Notes: a model not told the origin generated them from the sequence alone. Numbered from the stretch's first letter, positions 1 to 9,023 are shown. The stretch: 16,271 nt of DNA from Candidatus Fraserbacteria bacterium (GCA_037442925.1 JBBIPG010000053.1:1-16271), one strand, 5' to 3'. Numbers and translations are program-made.

Positions 1-686
1 GAGAAAAGGAACCATAGTTGGGGCAGTCTGGGTTGAGGCAAGGGCGTTTCTTGAAGATCCGCATGATAGATCACCGTAACCATCTTAGCTTACCTCACCC
101 TTAACTGCACACATCAGGGAGACTACCTAGCTATGATCAATGAGATCAAAGGATCCCCCTTAGTGGATGAGCAGGCACGGACGTGGGCGAATAGGATGCA
201 AGAGCTGTTTAAGTCCTTTAAGCATGAGGCGGGAGAACGTACTAAGGCTTGGGAGCACTTACGGCAGGAGTTCGAAAACGCATTCTGGGAGATCCCTATT
301 ACATTCCTGAGGATCAGGCAGATGAAGTAGGAGAAATCGCGAGGAAGCTCCACATTGCTCATGCCTGTAGTGTTATCATCGATGTGGTGAATTTCCCAAC
401 GTTTTTGCCGTCTCCCCGCTCGCGGCGATTCCAGGTGGGCTCGGAGGAGGTAATTGGGGAATGCTTCCTGGTGCCACACGAAGATCCTAAAGAGTGGGCC
501 TCGGGTAAGATCGCAAGGTTCCCGCTGCACAGATGCAAGTTTGAGGACTTTGAGATCCGCTATGCCCAAGTTGTGCTGATCAACACCGCAGAGGACAGGG
601 GTACAGCCCAGTACGTCTTCGACAAGTTCCATAAGGAGTGCGCACGACAGAGAATTCAGCTTACGAAGAGGCCAGGAGGGTGGTAA
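1..686 (+). pseudogene. 3' part of an unknown gene split over three frames (possible restriction endonuclease or other partner of the downstream methyltransferase)
   Basis: Frame 2 is open 2-79, frame 1 is open 70-330 and frame 3 is open 246-686. Each overlaps the next by a -1 shift. The final stop TAA (684-686) overlaps the next ATG (TAATG). No family motif recognised; the nuclease guess comes from context only. Confidence 0.45.
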
Positions 687-727
687 TGGACTATGATCGT
701 CGCGTCCGGATCCCCTTGGATAGAGCG
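686..727 (+). pseudogene. Probable N-terminal stub (MDYDRRVRIPLDRA) of the gene disrupted by the IS
   Basis: ATG at 686 with GGAGGG at 675-680, coupled to the upstream stop. It runs into the IS end after 14 codons. Confidence 0.4.
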
Positions 728-744
728 GAACTCATCTCAAAATT
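728..744. repeat. IS terminal inverted repeat (downstream of the transposase)
   Basis: GAACTCATCTCAAAATT; pairs with 1566-1582. Confidence 0.85.
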
Positions 745-1531
745 CCGTTGAGGCACACCATAAAGCAGGCAATCGTCAGGAACGCCCGGTAGATGTGTGC
801 TCTGCGCTCATAGCGGGTGGCTAACCTCCGCCAGTTGTTCACCCAGGCAAAGGCCCGCTCTACCTTCCATCTCTGCCGGCTCACCGGGTGCACCTTGGCC
901 GGTCTGCCCCGTCGACGCCGCTTGCGCTTCCGCTGCTGGCGTTCCGGAATGGAAGGGGTGATCCCACGCTTCCTCAGCTGACGGCGCAGCGGACGCGAAT
1001 CATACCCCACATCTGCCGCCAACTGCTTCGGTCGTTGCTTGGGACGCCCTCTGCCTCGTTTCACCCAGATCCGATCCACCGTCTGCAAGGCCACTTTCTT
1101 CTCGTTTACCTGAGCGCCGGTGAGGGTGAAAGCCAGAGGCCGACCCGCTCCATCGACGATCAAGTGGCGCTGGCTTCCCTTGCCCTTATGCCCGTAGCCG
1201 ACGGCATCTCCCCCTTTTTTGCCGGAACGAAGCTGCCATCGAGAAACGCTTGCGCCCATTCGAGCTTTCCTTGTCTATCCAGGGTGCTCAAGAAGGCGCG
1301 CCAGATCTGCTCCCAAGTGCCGTCCGCTTCCCAGGCAGCCAGGCGTCGCCAGCAGGTGGAGTCGTCGCCATAGCGCTCCGGCAGATCGTTCCAGGGAATG
1401 CCGGTGCGCAGCACGTAGAGGATGCCATTGAGGACCCGGCGGTCGTCAGCGCGGGGCCGACCCCGGCGCTTGGGAGGAGGCAGAAGGGGTTGGAGGAGTG
1501 CCCATTGCTCGTCGGTCAGATCGCGGTTCAT
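732..1531 (-). CDS. IS5-family DDE transposase, orfA (1531-1160) plus orfB (to 732) joined by a programmed -1 frameshift, about 266 aa
   Basis: orfA has LTDEQWALLQPLLP..RGRPR..DRRVLNGILYVLRTG.PW.DLPERYG. orfB has HLIVDGAGRPL, ADVGYDS and RWKVERAFAW..NWRRLATRYER. The slippery heptamer A-AAA-AAG is on the minus strand at 1220-1214. Confidence 0.93.
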
Positions 1532-1565
1532 GCCGAGAGCATACCTTCATCTCTACCCCACCGTC

Positions 1566-1582
1566 AATTTTGAGATAGCTTC
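1566..1582. repeat. IS terminal inverted repeat (upstream of the transposase)
   Basis: Reverse complement is GAAGCTATCTCAAAATT. Confidence 0.85.
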
Positions 1583-1851
1583 AAGGTTACTTCCTTGATA
1601 TGTACCTCTGTCTTTGTGAAGTGAGAAGAGTATGTAAAGCTGGCGCAAAGGTCGCCTTTGTAGTAGGAAACGCACAGTACGGTGGCGAGCCCATCTTAGT
1701 TGATAAGCTTACAGCGGAAGTCGGAGAACAAGCAGGATTAACTTGCGAAAAACTTCTGGTAGCGCGGTATCGGGGTAACAGTGCTCAGCAGATGAAGAGG
1801 TATGGGCGCAACCCTGCCCGCGAGAGCATCGTAATCTTTCACAAAGATTGA
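1583..1851 (+). pseudogene. C-terminal fragment of an amino (N4-C/N6-A) DNA methyltransferase, M.BsoBI/M.AvaI-like
   Basis: The frame is open from the IS edge: GYFLDMYLCLCEVRRVCKAGAKVAFVVGNAQYGG..VD..RGNSAQQMKRYGRNPARESIVIF. This resembles the post-catalytic end of these MTases. The SAM-binding and SPPY motifs are missing. Confidence 0.75.
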
Positions 1852-1854
1852 CAG

Positions 1855-2568
1855 ATGACTCTGGAAATCGCGCTGGTGTTTGCCATCATCGTTCTGGCTC
1901 TGGTGATCTTTGCTTTAGAACTCTTTTCAGTGGATTTTGTGGCGTTTGGGATCATGGCGCTCTTCCTGGCTCTGGCGTCCGCCCACATCCTTCCCCTCGA
2001 CATGCAGGATGTCCTCTCCGGCTTCAGTAACCCGGCCACGATCACGGTCTTGGCCATGTTCATCTTAAGCGGAGGCATCTATCGCTCCGGAGCCATCCAT
2101 CTCTTGGCTCGACGAGTCACTCGCTTGGCAGGCGACAGCGAGATCCGACAGCTTCTCACTGTGATGCTCATCGTGGGGCCGATCTCGGCGTTCATCAACA
2201 ACACGGCGGCAGTGGCCATTCTCATCCCAATGGTAATTAGTCTGGCCCGCGAGAAGAAGAGGGCTTCCTCGAAATTGCTCATTCCCCTCTCGTACACGTC
2301 ACAACTGGCCGGAGTCATCACCCTCATTGGCACATCTACGAACATCCTCGCAAGCTCGCTGGCGCAGAAGCTCGGGTTGGGTGCCTTCGGCATGTTCGAG
2401 TTTTCCAAAATTGGCTTGATGATCTTCGCCACCGGAGTGCTCTATCTTCTTCTGATCGGCCGCCACCTGGTCCCCAACCATCGCACCGAAGAGCGGCTGT
2501 ACAGGCCGCCAGACAGTTGCAGAACAAAGACAGCCCTGTCAGAATCAGTGAAGGGAAGAGGTGCCTAG
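1855..2568 (+). pseudogene. SLC13/CitMHS-family (TrkA-C type) permease, N-terminal half only
   Basis: Motifs SGFSNPATITVLAMFILSGGI, SAFINNTAAVAILIP, SKLLIPLSY.SQLAG..TLIGTSTNIL and FGMFEF. The ORF is 237 aa against roughly 600 aa typical, and family-like sequence ends near 2490. Confidence 0.8.
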
Positions 2569-3658
2569 AAAAGCGATGGCCCAACTGGTAGAAATGGCTG
2601 TATGGCTCATCCCGCTTGCCATCTTCGTCGCCGTGCTCGTGGTGGGCTATCTCGTTCGAGCCGCCCTATATCGGCTGCTGACCCGCTGGGCGCAGAAGAG
2701 CGCGACGCAGCTGGACGACATCATCATCGCGACGACAAAGCTGCCCTCGCTTCTTTGGATCCTCATCCTCGGTGCTTTGATCACGTTACAGACGGTGGAA
2801 ATCCCTGAGCGCTTGGACCTAATCATCGATAAACTACTGGTAGCCCTGCTGATTCTCTCCTTGACCCTGGTGGCAGCACGGTTGTTGGTGGCTGTGATTC
2901 AACAGTATGCATCGCGCCTGCCGGTCGAGTCGGCCCTGCCTATGACGGGCCTTACTCAGACCCTCACCCAGTGGGCTGTGATCATCATCGGAGTTCTCAT
3001 TCTGCTTAGCACACTGGGCGTCAACATCACTCCGCTGCTCACGGCTTTGGGCATCGGAGGCCTAGCCGTGGCCCTGGCGTTGCAAGACACTCTCTCCAAT
3101 CTCTTTGCGGGCTTGCACGTGATCCTCGCCCGACAGATCCATCCCGGCCAGCGCATCCGGCTCGACTCCGGTGAGGAGGGCTACGTCGTTGACATCGGCT
3201 GGAGAAGCACCACGCTGCGCACTCCGTCGAATCACTTGGTCATCATCCCCAACACGAAGCTGGCAGGCAGCATCGTCACCAATTACAACATGCCGGATCC
3301 GCCCGTCAATATCGTCATACCCGTGGGAGTGAGTTACGACTCCGATCCCGAGCACGTCGAGCAAGTGCTAAAAGACGAAGCAAACAAGATGATCCAGCAA
3401 CTGCCCGGTTTTATAAGAGATTTTGAGCCCATCGTTCGCTTCCAATCTTTTGGTGACTTCTCGCTCAATTTCACACTGATTGTTCGGGTGGAAAATTTTG
3501 ATGTGCAGTTTGACGTCTGGGGCGAGATCCATAAGCGGATCTTCAAGCGCTTCCAGCAGGAGGGCATTGAGATCCCATTCCCTGTCCGCACCGTGTTTCT
3601 CAAAGACAGCCCGGGCCCTCTGGGTAGAGCGAAGATCCAACAAAAAGAGGGCCACTGA
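2561..3658 (+). CDS. mscS: Small-conductance mechanosensitive channel (MscS family)
   Basis: ALGIGGLAVALALQDTLSNLFAG, G.V.DIGWRSTTLRT..N.LVIIPN, VGVSYDSD and GIEIPFP. The start may be GTG 2561 or ATG 2576. Confidence 0.93.
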   Translation: MPRKAMAQLVEMAVWLIPLAIFVAVLVVGYLVRAALYRLLTRWAQKSATQLDDIIIATTKLPSLLWILILGALITLQTVEIPERLDLIIDKLLVALLILSLTLVAARLLVAVIQQYASRLPVESALPMTGLTQTLTQWAVIIIGVLILLSTLGVNITPLLTALGIGGLAVALALQDTLSNLFAGLHVILARQIHPGQRIRLDSGEEGYVVDIGWRSTTLRTPSNHLVIIPNTKLAGSIVTNYNMPDPPVNIVIPVGVSYDSDPEHVEQVLKDEANKMIQQLPGFIRDFEPIVRFQSFGDFSLNFTLIVRVENFDVQFDVWGEIHKRIFKRFQQEGIEIPFPVRTVFLKDSPGPLGRAKIQQKEGH

Positions 3659-3691
3659 TCTTTTCTTTGCCACACGCTGGGGAGAGCGATT

Positions 3692-4801
3692 CTAGGGTAA
3701 GCGGCCCTCGTTCACGTACCTCGTCAGCTCGCTTACGCTGAGGTTCTCGATGCCCAGCTTGTCTAATGTCCTGCCGCGCCGCCAGTAATCCGTCCGATGA
3801 ATGATGCAGGAGAGATGAATCAAAGCCTCGATCCCGCGCGTGGAGACGCCGTAGCGCTTACCCAACGACGCCATCGGCACTAAGCTCATCGGGACGTCTT
3901 CAAAGATGTAGCGGTGTTCTAGGCGGTTCGGAGCACTGATTCCATAATAGCCGGGGTTGGCATGAACGGCCTCGTAGAGATCTGCTCCACTGGCATCGTA
4001 CGCCATCTTGAGCCATTCCATTGCCGTCATGGCTCGAATCCCCAAGGCCGCGGCAATCGTGACTCGCTCGCGGTCGAGGACCTCCAATACGCGTGCCGTC
4101 GAGGGCGTCACACCATCGATGTAGAATTGAAAATCGCCGCGAGTGGCTTCGATCCAACCGGCGTTGAGAATCGTCAACGCAGGATGGAAGATCGCGCCCA
4201 TGTTGTCCAACCCTGTCTGAAGCACATTTCCCCCATCGACAAACTGTGGATAGGCCTCATGGATGACATCCAGTACGGCTTGTGTGCGTGTGGAGGGCAA
4301 AGCGGCCAGTGGGACAGCATCTTTGATGCTGAAGATGTGGGCTTGGGCTGGACCAGTGGAACGGCTGGCATAGATGAAGGTCTGCGCTTCCGCTACGGTC
4401 ACATTTGCGGCGCCGTTGTGGTCTTTCAGCACTTTTGCGAATTCAATCGCTCCGCACGTCCGCCCTGGGTGCAGAATCACGATCTGACCGTCTCGCAGAT
4501 AAGCAGCGCAAGCCTGGGCGATGTCGCGGTGAGCGGATGAAGGCAGTACGACCATGAGCACATCGGCGAACTGAACTGCCTTTTGGATGTCGGATGTAAC
4601 GAGTGCAAGTTTGCCAAAACCTCGCGGACCACCGGGGTAACTATCCAGTTCGATGCCACGGCGAGCGCGGATGGTCTCGATGTGGGCAGCCGTGCGATTA
4701 TACAGTGCTGTCTCATAGCCCATCAATGCCAGATGGGCAGCCATGGCTTTGCCGCCATGACCTGCCCCCATCACCGTAAATCGAGTCTTCGTCTTTTCCA
4801 T
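3692..4801 (-). CDS. NAD(P)-dependent opine (octopine/nopaline) dehydrogenase family protein
   Basis: Rossmann motif VMGAGHGGKAMAAHL, plus HPGRTCGA, NMGAIFHP, FQFYIDGVTP, LDRERV and HRYIFEDVP.SLVP. The likely start is ATG 4801 after GGAGGTG; the ORF extends to 4849. Confidence 0.9.
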   Translation of the reverse strand: MEKTKTRFTVMGAGHGGKAMAAHLALMGYETALYNRTAAHIETIRARRGIELDSYPGGPRGFGKLALVTSDIQKAVQFADVLMVVLPSSAHRDIAQACAAYLRDGQIVILHPGRTCGAIEFAKVLKDHNGAANVTVAEAQTFIYASRSTGPAQAHIFSIKDAVPLAALPSTRTQAVLDVIHEAYPQFVDGGNVLQTGLDNMGAIFHPALTILNAGWIEATRGDFQFYIDGVTPSTARVLEVLDRERVTIAAALGIRAMTAMEWLKMAYDASGADLYEAVHANPGYYGISAPNRLEHRYIFEDVPMSLVPMASLGKRYGVSTRGIEALIHLSCIIHRTDYWRRGRTLDKLGIENLSVSELTRYVNEGRLP

Positions 4802-4886
4802 ATCGGATGTGTTCACCTCCACTTCGGGGAGTTCCGTGCAGACACTCATGGAGAATATTCACTCATCCCCTGGCAAAGGGCACCAC

Positions 4887-6380
4887 TTACTTTGCTGCTG
4901 GGCTGGCCGTCCAGCCAAGACAACTCAAGAGGGAATCCGGGAAATACTTCCGCCACATGCGGTAATAGTATAACTCTTCTTTCGAGCGCAGTGTGACGCC
5001 GTGAGGAAGGGTCCGCTCCTCTTCGAATTCGCGATCGGACATCTCGCGTTCCGCTATCTGTTCGAAGACGAGCGCTGATCCGGCTCCGCGGGAGAATTTC
5101 TCTTTCGTACGCCACAGCACTTCCTCAGACAGCATACCCTCAAAGGCCGTTCGTAGCGCCCACTTCTCCACGCCATCCCGCTGCTTGAATTCCAGCGGCA
5201 AGTTGAATGCGATCTTGAGCAAATCGAGATCCAGATAGGGTTCACGCCCTTCCAGGCCATGGGCCATCGTCATGCGATCCACCCGTTGCAGATTGGAGTT
5301 GTGCAGAGCCGTAGTGATGCGTATGAGTTCGCGTGCGCGTTCTGGTTGGCTTAAGTCTTTCAGATAGTGATACCCACCGAAGAGTTCATCCGAACCTTCG
5401 CCTACCAGCACGACTTTCACGTATTCGCTGGCCAGCTGGGCGACAAAGTAATTGGCTATGGCACTGCGCACAAGGGCGAAATCAAACGACTCTAGGTGCC
5501 AAATCACTCTGGGGAGGATTCTTCGCATCTCCTGCTCCGTGAAAACGCGTTCATGATGCTGTGTCCCTAGAGATTCAGCTACAAGACGCGCATATGCCAG
5601 ATCTGAGCTGTCCACCATTCCAACAGAGAAGGAATGCAAACTCTCAACATGGGGACGCATCAGCGCAGCGGCGAGACTGCTATCGAGTCCACCGCTGAGG
5701 AAGACGCCCACGGGCACATCCGCTACCAAGCGTTTCTCCACAGCCCTTCGTAAAGACACTTGCAGCGCGCGTAGGGGATCAGCCGGGACTTCTGATGTAG
5801 TGATCCAGCGTTCCAGGTCGAAATACTTACGGAAACCCTCGCGGCTGTGGAACCAGTGCCCCGCAGGGAACTCGTGGATTCGCGCCCGTAGGGGCAACAG
5901 GGCTTTCATCTCTGAGGCGAAATAGAGGCGACCATCTCGCTCGGCGTAGTAGAGCGGCTTCACCCCCAATGGATCCCGAGCCAACACGAGTTCGTCGCCG
6001 TCGAGAAGCGCGAAGGCAAACATACCGTCAAAACGCTGGACGCACTCCGGGCCCTCGTCTTCATACAGATGCAGCACGACTTCCGTGTCGCTGTGAGTCT
6101 TCAGGTGATGACCCTTAAGAGACTCGCGTAACTCTCGAAAGTTGTAGATTTCGCCGTTATACGCGATCCAGAGTCGGCCGTCCTCATTGGTCATGGGCTG
6201 GTGGCCGTAGGCCACATCGATGATGGAAAGGCGCGTGTGGCCGAGTGCCCCTCTCTTACAGTAGCGAATGTCCCTCTCATCGGGTCCGCGATGACGAATC
6301 TTCCGCAGCAGCCTTTCAATGGGAACTGCGGGTTCGCGGGGTCTCCTCTCCAGTTGAAAACTACCTACCAGGCCACACAT
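4887..6380 (-). CDS. asnB: Asparagine synthetase B family glutamine-dependent amidotransferase
   Basis: N-terminal MCG nucleophile, HRGPD, LGHTRLSIID, NGEIYN, ARDPLGVKPLY, LSGGLDSS, GEGSDELFGGY and DRMTMAHGLE.R.P.LD. Confidence 0.93.
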   Translation of the reverse strand: MCGLVGSFQLERRPREPAVPIERLLRKIRHRGPDERDIRYCKRGALGHTRLSIIDVAYGHQPMTNEDGRLWIAYNGEIYNFRELRESLKGHHLKTHSDTEVVLHLYEDEGPECVQRFDGMFAFALLDGDELVLARDPLGVKPLYYAERDGRLYFASEMKALLPLRARIHEFPAGHWFHSREGFRKYFDLERWITTSEVPADPLRALQVSLRRAVEKRLVADVPVGVFLSGGLDSSLAAALMRPHVESLHSFSVGMVDSSDLAYARLVAESLGTQHHERVFTEQEMRRILPRVIWHLESFDFALVRSAIANYFVAQLASEYVKVVLVGEGSDELFGGYHYLKDLSQPERARELIRITTALHNSNLQRVDRMTMAHGLEGREPYLDLDLLKIAFNLPLEFKQRDGVEKWALRTAFEGMLSEEVLWRTKEKFSRGAGSALVFEQIAEREMSDREFEEERTLPHGVTLRSKEELYYYRMWRKYFPDSLLSCLGWTASPAAK

Positions 6381-6393
6381 AGAGCGTTCCCCT

Positions 6394-8049
6394 CTACTTC
6401 ACTGAGCGACTACGTAACAGAATTGTGCGGAGCCGATCGGCCTCGCTCAGGGGTTTGCCCGTCATTGGATCAACTGCCTGGCATGCTCCGTCAACTATGC
6501 GAGTCATGATCTGACCCTTGGCCAGTGGATGCCCCTTGAGGTGAGGCGCGTCGAGAATGCCCAACCGCACGGCACGTGCCAGAGTCACGGGATCTGCCCA
6601 AGGATCTTTCGCCCTGGGAGCGGCGATCTCTTGAACTGCCGCTAGGGTGACCCTGGCTTCGGAGATGAGCTCGTGTTTGCGTTGCTGTACAACGGGGTCC
6701 GCGGTCATATCCGGTGCACCGCCCAGAGCGTTCTCAATGACCCGCCGGGCGATCTTGCAGCTTTGAATCAGCTCATCTGCGGTGGTGGCGTGATGGGCCT
6801 CTGGGAAACCCACGACGTGCACGATGTGGGGCTTTACAGCCATCTGCAAGTAGACGGAAGCCCCCAGATGCCCCTTCGCAAGATCAGGGTCTACCGGATG
6901 GCTTAACAACCCCGTGCGGGTCTGGCGGTAGATCCGGAAATCCTTGCTGGCTAAGGGCTCAGTCAGCTCGATGCACGCGAGAACCTTCGCAAGATCCATG
7001 CGATCCGAGAGCCCACCGGGGCAGTTGAACATGTACTGCGCGATATAGTCTTCAACACCCATCGCCTTCGCGTTATACGCCGATAGAAAACTGGCCACGA
7101 CGTAGATGACATCCGGAGCATCGCGCATTCCCCAATGGTGAGGCTCGTTCACCTCGACAGGAATGGTGCGCTCTGCGTGCCAGCGCATCAGCTCTTGATG
7201 CACTCGAATCGACTCTTCCAGTCCCAACGGGCCACGACGATCCAATTGGTTGAACCAGAAGAGCGATGTGGCACACCAAGCGTTCTGGATGGTATCGAGG
7301 TAGAGCTGAGCCAGTTTCAGATGATCATCGGTGCCGGAGTAGACGCGCAGGAGTGGGAAGTTACCCCGACGGCTGGCCTGATAGAGTCTTCTGTAGTCTT
7401 CTGCTGAACGAACCGGCACACCGCCTGCCCCTTTGCGCCGCTCATCTTGTCTTTCCGGGTGGAAGAAATTCTCTTGCGCATCTTGATCGATGCCCAACGA
7501 GATGACGTCAATGACCATCGCTTCTGCGATCCTTCGAATGCCTTCTTCCGTCTCTTCGAGAGTGGGGCGGCCGAAATGATGTCGAATGAGTGGGTACGGG
7601 GCTTTCCACTTCAGTCGCTCGACGAACGACTGCGGGTAGTCGCCCTCGTGGGCTTGTTCCAACAGTTGCCCACGCAGGTAGGCCATCACCTCGTCCAGCG
7701 TCTCCTGTCCGGAGAAACAGCGTTCAAAGAATTTCAGAGTCTTAGCGTGGTCAGCCACCGGGGGTGTCCCACCAAACACATAGCGTCGATCTGTTAAGCC
7801 GGCGCGCTTCACAGCCGCGATGAATTGTCGTAAGAGGGCTTCGCCAGTCTCGGGCGTGAGGCGATAACTCACGGCGACGAGTCCAGGGTCATGCTTCGTA
7901 ATGGCTTGCACAAAACTCTCGATGGGCACAGCCGCCCCGAGATAGACGGTCTCCCAACCCACTTCCTGGGCCATCCGCAAGAAACTTGCCACACCTGCCA
8001 CATGAGCATCTTCACCCAGTGCACCCGCGATGACCAAGTGCTTCCGCAT
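6394..8049 (-). CDS. Cobalamin-dependent enzyme: N-terminal B12-binding domain fused to a putative TIM-barrel (glutamate-mutase-like), function unknown
   Basis: Base-off/His-on motif DAHVAG...SYRL...FGG in the first ~130 aa, then a ~410-aa alpha/beta domain. The likely start is ATG 8049 after AGGAGGTG; the ORF track start is 8058. Confidence 0.8.
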   Translation of the reverse strand: MRKHLVIAGALGEDAHVAGVASFLRMAQEVGWETVYLGAAVPIESFVQAITKHDPGLVAVSYRLTPETGEALLRQFIAAVKRAGLTDRRYVFGGTPPVADHAKTLKFFERCFSGQETLDEVMAYLRGQLLEQAHEGDYPQSFVERLKWKAPYPLIRHHFGRPTLEETEEGIRRIAEAMVIDVISLGIDQDAQENFFHPERQDERRKGAGGVPVRSAEDYRRLYQASRRGNFPLLRVYSGTDDHLKLAQLYLDTIQNAWCATSLFWFNQLDRRGPLGLEESIRVHQELMRWHAERTIPVEVNEPHHWGMRDAPDVIYVVASFLSAYNAKAMGVEDYIAQYMFNCPGGLSDRMDLAKVLACIELTEPLASKDFRIYRQTRTGLLSHPVDPDLAKGHLGASVYLQMAVKPHIVHVVGFPEAHHATTADELIQSCKIARRVIENALGGAPDMTADPVVQQRKHELISEARVTLAAVQEIAAPRAKDPWADPVTLARAVRLGILDAPHLKGHPLAKGQIMTRIVDGACQAVDPMTGKPLSEADRLRTILLRSRSVK

Positions 8050-8084
8050 GACGATCACCTCCTGCCGCTTGAGCTGAGGGATGG

Positions 8085-8996
8085 CTACCCGTTTGTGGGT
8101 AACGTTGGGTGCATACTGGCGATATCGATGGTGCCTACCACGATGGGGCCGACCTTCAAGGGGACACAGGCGAAGAAACGGATTCCCTTGCGTTGTGCCC
8201 GTTTCATGAAGCGGGGCTCGCCTCCCAGATAGGTCCGGATGATAGGCTCTCCGGTCTGTGCCGCGAGCCCAGGCAATCCTTCTCCCAGCTCATATTCGCG
8301 CTTGTCCTGAATCGGCTCATCATCGAGGCCAACGAACGCTTGTAGTACGAGCTTTCTGCCAGAACGATCGAGGAGGAAGATCTCCCCGAATTGAGCTCCC
8401 GTTCGCTCGAGGACGGTGCATAAGAACTTCTCGTGATCTAAAGCTCGATTCTTCATCCGCCCGAGTGACTGAGTAATGGCTTCCGCCATTTGATCCACGA
8501 CCGTTTGAACAGTGCTCTTTCGCCCGCGGCTAAGAGAACGAGACATGCCGATTCGCTCCTGAGTAGCTGCGAGCACGTTGCACAGAGAGACGCTCAAAAT
8601 GGGCCGTCCGCGCTGCATCGCTTCTTGGAGGGCTTTATCCAAATCGCGGTCGGAATAATAGAGCACAAAGTAGTCTTCGGCGTCCGTCACGAGATACGCG
8701 TGTTCCAGCTCCTGCAAACTGAGCTCATGAGACCGCAGATGTCGTAAGGCCTTCTTGACACTCTGCAAGGGCACATGGGAGTCAATCAGCTGGCGGATGA
8801 GTTCGATGGCAACGAGATCTTCAAAGCTGAAGCGCCTGGCGCTTCCATAGCCCTTCGCGCGTGCTATGCTGGGCGCCATCAGCCCAGAGCGGATCCAAAG
8901 ATCTAATTGTCGATAGGTGATGCGCAACGCTTTGCACACTTCCAGGGACGACCACTCATCCTGCTGTAGTTCCACGGTCTCGGTTGCCGTTGCCAT
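8085..8996 (-). CDS. MerR-family transcriptional regulator (Rv1830/McdR-like) with a C-terminal GAF domain
   Basis: HTH region ITYRQLDLWIRSGLMAPS..A.GYGSARRFSFEDL. GAF-like region GEIFLLD..LVLQAFVG..LGEGLPGLAAQTGEP..FACVPLKVG..VVGTIDIAS. RBS AAGGAG. Confidence 0.87.
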   Translation of the reverse strand: MATATETVELQQDEWSSLEVCKALRITYRQLDLWIRSGLMAPSIARAKGYGSARRFSFEDLVAIELIRQLIDSHVPLQSVKKALRHLRSHELSLQELEHAYLVTDAEDYFVLYYSDRDLDKALQEAMQRGRPILSVSLCNVLAATQERIGMSRSLSRGRKSTVQTVVDQMAEAITQSLGRMKNRALDHEKFLCTVLERTGAQFGEIFLLDRSGRKLVLQAFVGLDDEPIQDKREYELGEGLPGLAAQTGEPIIRTYLGGEPRFMKRAQRKGIRFFACVPLKVGPIVVGTIDIASMHPTLPTNG

Positions 8997-9023
8997 GAAG
9001 TGCTCCTTTATTTCTACACGGAG

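Larger units (their letters stand above)
728..1582 (-). mobile_element. IS5-family insertion sequence (IS427-like two-ORF type), 855 bp
   Basis: Imperfect terminal inverted repeats GAACTCATCTCAAAATT (728-744) and AATTTTGAGATAGCTTC (1566-1582), matching at 14/17. They enclose a two-ORF transposase whose stop lies inside the left repeat. GC is higher than in the flanks. Confidence 0.92.

Noticed and set aside
3642..3668. Intrinsic terminator between mscS and the opine dehydrogenase
   Set aside because: Only a weak A/U-rich stem (AAAAGA/TCTTTT) is present, which is not convincing.
6394..8049. Methionine synthase or B12-radical SAM annotation
   Set aside because: No recognisable homocysteine-, pterin- or SAM-activation domains, and no CxxxCxxC motif.
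8056..8087. Amber readthrough completing the GAF domain or fusing the operon's genes
   Set aside because: Readthrough gives only PSLSSSGRR then a stop. Readthrough of the B12-enzyme TAG is also out of frame with asnB.
6394..8996. Split CarH/LitR B12 photoreceptor (MerR next to a B12-binding protein)
   Set aside because: The B12 protein lacks the CarH helical cap with the W-x9-EH motif and carries a large enzyme-like domain. The MerR protein has its own GAF domain.
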